Source of the DNA: Rikenellaceae bacterium | Lineage (GTDB): Bacteria > Bacteroidota > Bacteroidia > Bacteroidales > UBA932 | Direction of reading: 5' to 3' | DNA: 64,000 bases | Assembly: GCA_003513895.1 (NCBI GenBank) | Contig: DOSU01000148.1 | Span: 21,378 to 85,377 of the forward strand | In this document: piece by piece, positions 61,001-64,000 of the stretch | How positions within the stretch are numbered: position 1 is the first letter of the stretch | Layout: every line of letters starts with the position of its first letter | The notes under the pieces: model-generated | Told to the model about the DNA's origin: nothing | The model's input: only the letters and a program-made list of their open reading frames with translations | The model's database searches: none | Program-made: the position numbers and the translations under genes

Positions 61001-64000
61001 TCAATTAACCACAAAGCCCGCAAACCCTACAGAAAAAGTATTAGCAAAGATTTTTGAAGATATTCTTAACATAAAGAACTTCTCATTTTCCGATGACTTC
61101 TTCAGTTTGGGAGGCCACAGTTTAAAGGCAATAAGGGCAGTATCGGCAATTCAAAAGGAGTTAAGTGTGAAAGTAAATCTGAAGGAATTTTTCTCCAATC
61201 CCGATATTTTTTCTCTTGAAAAGATTATAAGGGATAAGAAAAGAGAGACTCTGGGTATAATACCGGAGATAAACAAAAGTGACCTGTATGATCTGTCGCA
61301 CGCTCAAAAAAGATTATGGGTACTGGACAAGATAGAGAAATCAAAATCGACATACAATATACCTCTTGCTGTTACTGTTTATAACGAGATAGATACTAAT
61401 GCCCTGCAGTATGCATTTAACGATTTGGTCTGCAGGCACGAATCCCTTAGAACCATATTCGTGGAAGTTAACGGAGAGCCATTCCAGAAAATCGTCGAAG
61501 AGATGAATATTCCTATTCTGGTTAAGGATTTTAGAAAAGAGCTCAACCCCCGGGAATCGTCGTTTAACTATGTTGTGGACGAAGCCAATAAAGCATTCAA
61601 TCTTTCGGAAAATCCTTTGATGAGGGTGTATGTTTTAAAAACAGATGAAAAGGAAAATATCTTTTTTCTCAATATACATCACATAATTTGTGATGGCTGG
61701 TCATTGAATGTTTTGACAGAAGATCTGTTTGAGTCATATAAAAACTATACTGAGAACTTAAGTTATCAGGCGGCTAAGCTTAAAATCCAGTACAAGGATT
61801 ATGCAAGCTGGTTAAACGAGAGAATCAATAAAAAAGAGGAAGATTCCGACCGTATATATTGGCTGGATAAACTTAAAGGAGAGATAATCCCGCTGGATCT
61901 TCCAACGGATTTCCCTCGGCCTGCTGTTAAGACCTATAAAGGGAAATCTGTTTATTTCTCTTTACCAAAAGGGTTGAAAAACAGGCTTGATGCCTTTAAT
62001 ATTGAAAAGAGAAGCAGCCTTTTCATGACTCTCACTGCAGCATTAAAAACGCTGTTGTACAGATACAGCGGAAAAGAAAATATAATAATAGGCACGGCTG
62101 TAGCCGGACGAGATCATCCGGATCTGGAAAATCAGATTGGCTATTATGTAAACACACTAGCCCTGAGAGATGAGATTAATCCTGAACAGCCCTTTGCACA
62201 ACTTCTGGAAGAGATTAAAAAGACAGCAACTGAATCCTATTCTCACCAGATGTATCCTTTTGACAAACTTGTGGAAGAGATAAAGCTCCCTAGGGATACG
62301 AGCCGTTCTCCGCTGTTTGATGTAATGATTGTTTTACAAAATTTTGATATTTCATATGATGGAGCGTTAGGGAAGATGGAACCCTATAAAATCCCGCTGG
62401 ATATCAGCAAATTTGACTTGACATTTAATTTTAACGATACAGGACAAGACTTAGATTTATTGATAGAGTACAACACGCAATTGTATAAAAAAGAGAGGAT
62501 TGAACAAATTGCATCGCATTTGTTTGTTCTCATTGAGGGAATAATTGCAAATCCTGCACAAAGCGTAAAGTCGATAAACATATTAAGCCCCGAAGAAGAG
62601 AACAAATTACTCCTGAAGTACAATGAAACTGCGGCTTTATATCCTGCCGGCAAGACAATAGTTGAGCTGTTTGAGGAATCGGCAGCAAAGTATTCTGCAA
62701 ATACAGCCGTTGTTCATAAAGATAAAACTTTAACTTATTCTCAGCTGAACTCGGAGGCAAACAAATATGCAAAGTATATCAGGAGTAAATATAAATTGTT
62801 GCCCGGTGAATCAACAGGTGTTTTAATTTCTCCTTCGGAAAACACTCCCGTTATATTGCTGGCCATATTAAAGGCAGGAGGAGCATATCTGCCCATTGAC
62901 CCTGAATATCCCGATGAAAGAATAAAGCACATCCTCTCCGAAAGCAAAACGAATATAATTATCACAAACAACGAAAACAAAGACAAGGCAAAACAGATAG
63001 CCAGCGAATTTGACAAAGAGTGTTTAATTCTTAATCTGGACGATGTTTCAGAGACGGATAAGAAAATTTATCCAAATCCTAAAAAAGTAAATTCAGACCC
63101 GAATACCACTGCATATGTCATTTTTACATCGGGTTCAACAGGCAAGCCCAAAGGTTGCCCGATAAGCCATCGGAATCTTGTCCGGTTGTTTATAAATGAC
63201 AAGTCCCACTTTGATTTTAACACCTCGGATGTATGGATAATGGCACATTCATACTGTTTTGATTTTTCTGTTTGGGAGATGTACGGTGCATTACTTTTCG
63301 GAGGGAAACTTATAATTCCCGGTAGAAATGAAGTAAGGGATATTTCTGCATTTGCCGGGCTTGTATGCGAGCATAAAGTTACTGTCCTTAACCAGACTCC
63401 CGGGGCTTTTTACAAATTTATTGAGACTGTGCTTGATAACCGGAGCAATAGATCCTTAAACCTGCGGTATGTAATTTTTGGAGGGGATAAACTGGACCCT
63501 TCAAAATTGTCGAACTGGATAAAATCATTTCCGGCATCGGAAGAGAAGCTTATCAATATGTACGGAATTACCGAAACGACAATTCACGTAACATATCACA
63601 GAATAACCGATGAAGAGATAGTGTATGGTGGCGGGGTGAGCAATATCGGCAGGCCTCTTCCCGAAACGAAAGTTTATGTTCTGGACAGCAATCTGCAACT
63701 GGTTCCGGTTGGAGTTTACGGAGAGATATTTGTTGCCGGAACCGGATTGAGCAAAGGTTATTTAAACCGTCCGGACTTAACGGAGGAACGGTTTATTTCA
63801 AACCCGTACTCAAAGAATGAAACATTGTATAAAAGCGGTGATGTTGGCCGATGGCTCTACGACGGAACTCTTGAATACCTCGACCGAAGCGACAGCCAAG
63901 TGCAGATACGCGGTTACAGGGTCGAAGTAAACGAAATAGAACTTCAGCTTCGCCGGTACAAAGGGGTATCAGGCGCAGTTGTTATTGCTGTGGAAAATGA
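58020..64000 (+). CDS. NRPS2: C-A-T-C-A..., 3'-truncated by the window edge
   Basis: Translated by hand from ATG 58020 (MMSSIKELKQKALSGD...SYAQRRLWF); HHIISDG (~58521), YTSGSTG, FFSLGGHSL (~61110), LSHAQKRLW, HHIICDG (~61678), FTSGSTGKPKG, YGITETT, QVQIRGYRVE, all in one frame; the track lists no closed ORF in this frame. Confidence 0.93.
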   Translation, partial: MMSSIKELKQKALSGDMSALEELRQLGVLSGNKARYTMAPVSYAQRRLWFIDKMDHSPAYNLYAAINIRGELNVEALENSFKEIVNRHEILRTVFVETDGIPYQKILSDINFKILKEDISKAAHKGEKISLLIENESKRCFDLSNGPLMVCSLYTLGKEEHLLLFNMHHIISDGWSVGILISELTLLYNSFCKGDASPLSPLKIQYKDFVKSHSDMLNDRESLIHKKYWFEKFSGELPVTELTSDFKRPLHKTFNGLLQEIVVGKHLFKGVKKLIRQRNASLFMFLVSAVNVLLYKYTGKRDIIIGSPVSGREQRDLDELIGFFVNTIPLRNNIDSAISFGDFLDKVKSNCIEAYDHQIYPIDLLIEDLNMKRDTSRNPLFEITVSLQEANSGSIQFDGLKTTILKPEISSGKFDLHFNFEERDEELKLGIVYNPDLYTAENIQRFGSHFLTLLENILSSPEEAIRDIEIISKTEKDEIVNVFNDTQCYYPKEKTISGLFEEMAVKFPEKPAVVYQGKPITYKNLNEKANCLAMILKEDYGLRLEEPVVILMDRSHEFIISILAVLKAGGAYLPVDPKMPFTRIRTIIEDVKADIILTDSIHKNNEYQVSRVIRVTDELFSDAKMCCNFKSNKTSSNLAYILYTSGSTGVPKGSMIEEKSVIRLVKNTNYLKMDENIRIFSTSSISFDATTFDIWGALLNGGTLFFEDTEDYLDPEKLRNYFSTYKINATILSTGLFVRMLEADRLNNLNMFAGLKEFMVGGDRLPCHVSNNFISMYPQIPFINVYGPTENTTFTTFFNVTHEYSTDIPIGKPVSNSTVYIFNTDGNLCPAGVAGELYIGGDGVSRGYVGREELTKQKFIDNPYKKGDTLYCSGDIAKWMSDGNIIFLGREDDQLKIRGFRVETGEIESIATKFGGITKAKILVNEEESQKELALYYTALANVVEEDLKNHLKDNLPDYMLPKYLIRLDEFPLNANGKVDYKAFPKPEAISDLSQLTTKPANPTEKVLAKIFEDILNIKNFSFSDDFFSLGGHSLKAIRAVSAIQKELSVKVNLKEFFSNPDIFSLEKIIRDKKRETLGIIPEINKSDLYDLSHAQKRLWVLDKIEKSKSTYNIPLAVTVYNEIDTNALQYAFNDLVCRHESLRTIFVEVNGEPFQKIVEEMNIPILVKDFRKELNPRESSFNYVVDEANKAFNLSENPLMRVYVLKTDEKENIFFLNIHHIICDGWSLNVLTEDLFESYKNYTENLSYQAAKLKIQYKDYASWLNERINKKEEDSDRIYWLDKLKGEIIPLDLPTDFPRPAVKTYKGKSVYFSLPKGLKNRLDAFNIEKRSSLFMTLTAALKTLLYRYSGKENIIIGTAVAGRDHPDLENQIGYYVNTLALRDEINPEQPFAQLLEEIKKTATESYSHQMYPFDKLVEEIKLPRDTSRSPLFDVMIVLQNFDISYDGALGKMEPYKIPLDISKFDLTFNFNDTGQDLDLLIEYNTQLYKKERIEQIASHLFVLIEGIIANPAQSVKSINILSPEEENKLLLKYNETAALYPAGKTIVELFEESAAKYSANTAVVHKDKTLTYSQLNSEANKYAKYIRSKYKLLPGESTGVLISPSENTPVILLAILKAGGAYLPIDPEYPDERIKHILSESKTNIIITNNENKDKAKQIASEFDKECLILNLDDVSETDKKIYPNPKKVNSDPNTTAYVIFTSGSTGKPKGCPISHRNLVRLFINDKSHFDFNTSDVWIMAHSYCFDFSVWEMYGALLFGGKLIIPGRNEVRDISAFAGLVCEHKVTVLNQTPGAFYKFIETVLDNRSNRSLNLRYVIFGGDKLDPSKLSNWIKSFPASEEKLINMYGITETTIHVTYHRITDEEIVYGGGVSNIGRPLPETKVYVLDSNLQLVPVGVYGEIFVAGTGLSKGYLNRPDLTEERFISNPYSKNETLYKSGDVGRWLYDGTLEYLDRSDSQVQIRGYRVEVNEIELQLRRYKGVSGAVVIAVEN

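Noticed and set aside
1..64000. rRNA, tRNA, CRISPR arrays, IS elements, prophage or defence genes
   Set aside because: None recognised by eye; intergenic gaps are short. A covariance-model search would be needed to exclude small RNAs.

Overview
64 kb of an AT-rich bacterial chromosome, most likely an anaerobic Bacteroidales/Bacteroidota member (inference from TAnnTTTG -7 promoter boxes, AT-rich starts without Shine-Dalgarno sites, and the gene families). From left to right: the end of a his operon (hisF partial, hisIE); fhs; a divergent four-gene operon of DsrC/TusE (two C-terminal Cys), a NarI/DsrM-like membrane protein, an HdrD/DsrK/HmcF-like Fe-S CCG protein and a cysteine desulfurase, with no dsrAB in the window; a receiver-ugd-uxs-hybrid kinase unit; a large Wzx/Wzy surface-polysaccharide locus with a receiver-like priming transferase, a short TolC-like protein in place of Wza, a 4-amino-sugar pathway and an inverted adenylation/GNAT/ACP/FabH cassette; five related LruC/DUF4842-type surface-protein genes; pabA/pabB/pabC; an FkbM methyltransferase; two beta-barrels; and the start of a multimodular NRPS cluster (3171 aa Cstarter-A-T-C-A-T-C-A-T, then a second NRPS from 58020 that runs off the window and is missing from the ORF track). 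Best candidates for an undescribed system: the DsrC-DsrMK-like-desulfurase operon, the lipopeptide NRPS, and the polysaccharide-linked LruC family. All calls come from motif recognition by eye; no database search was run.
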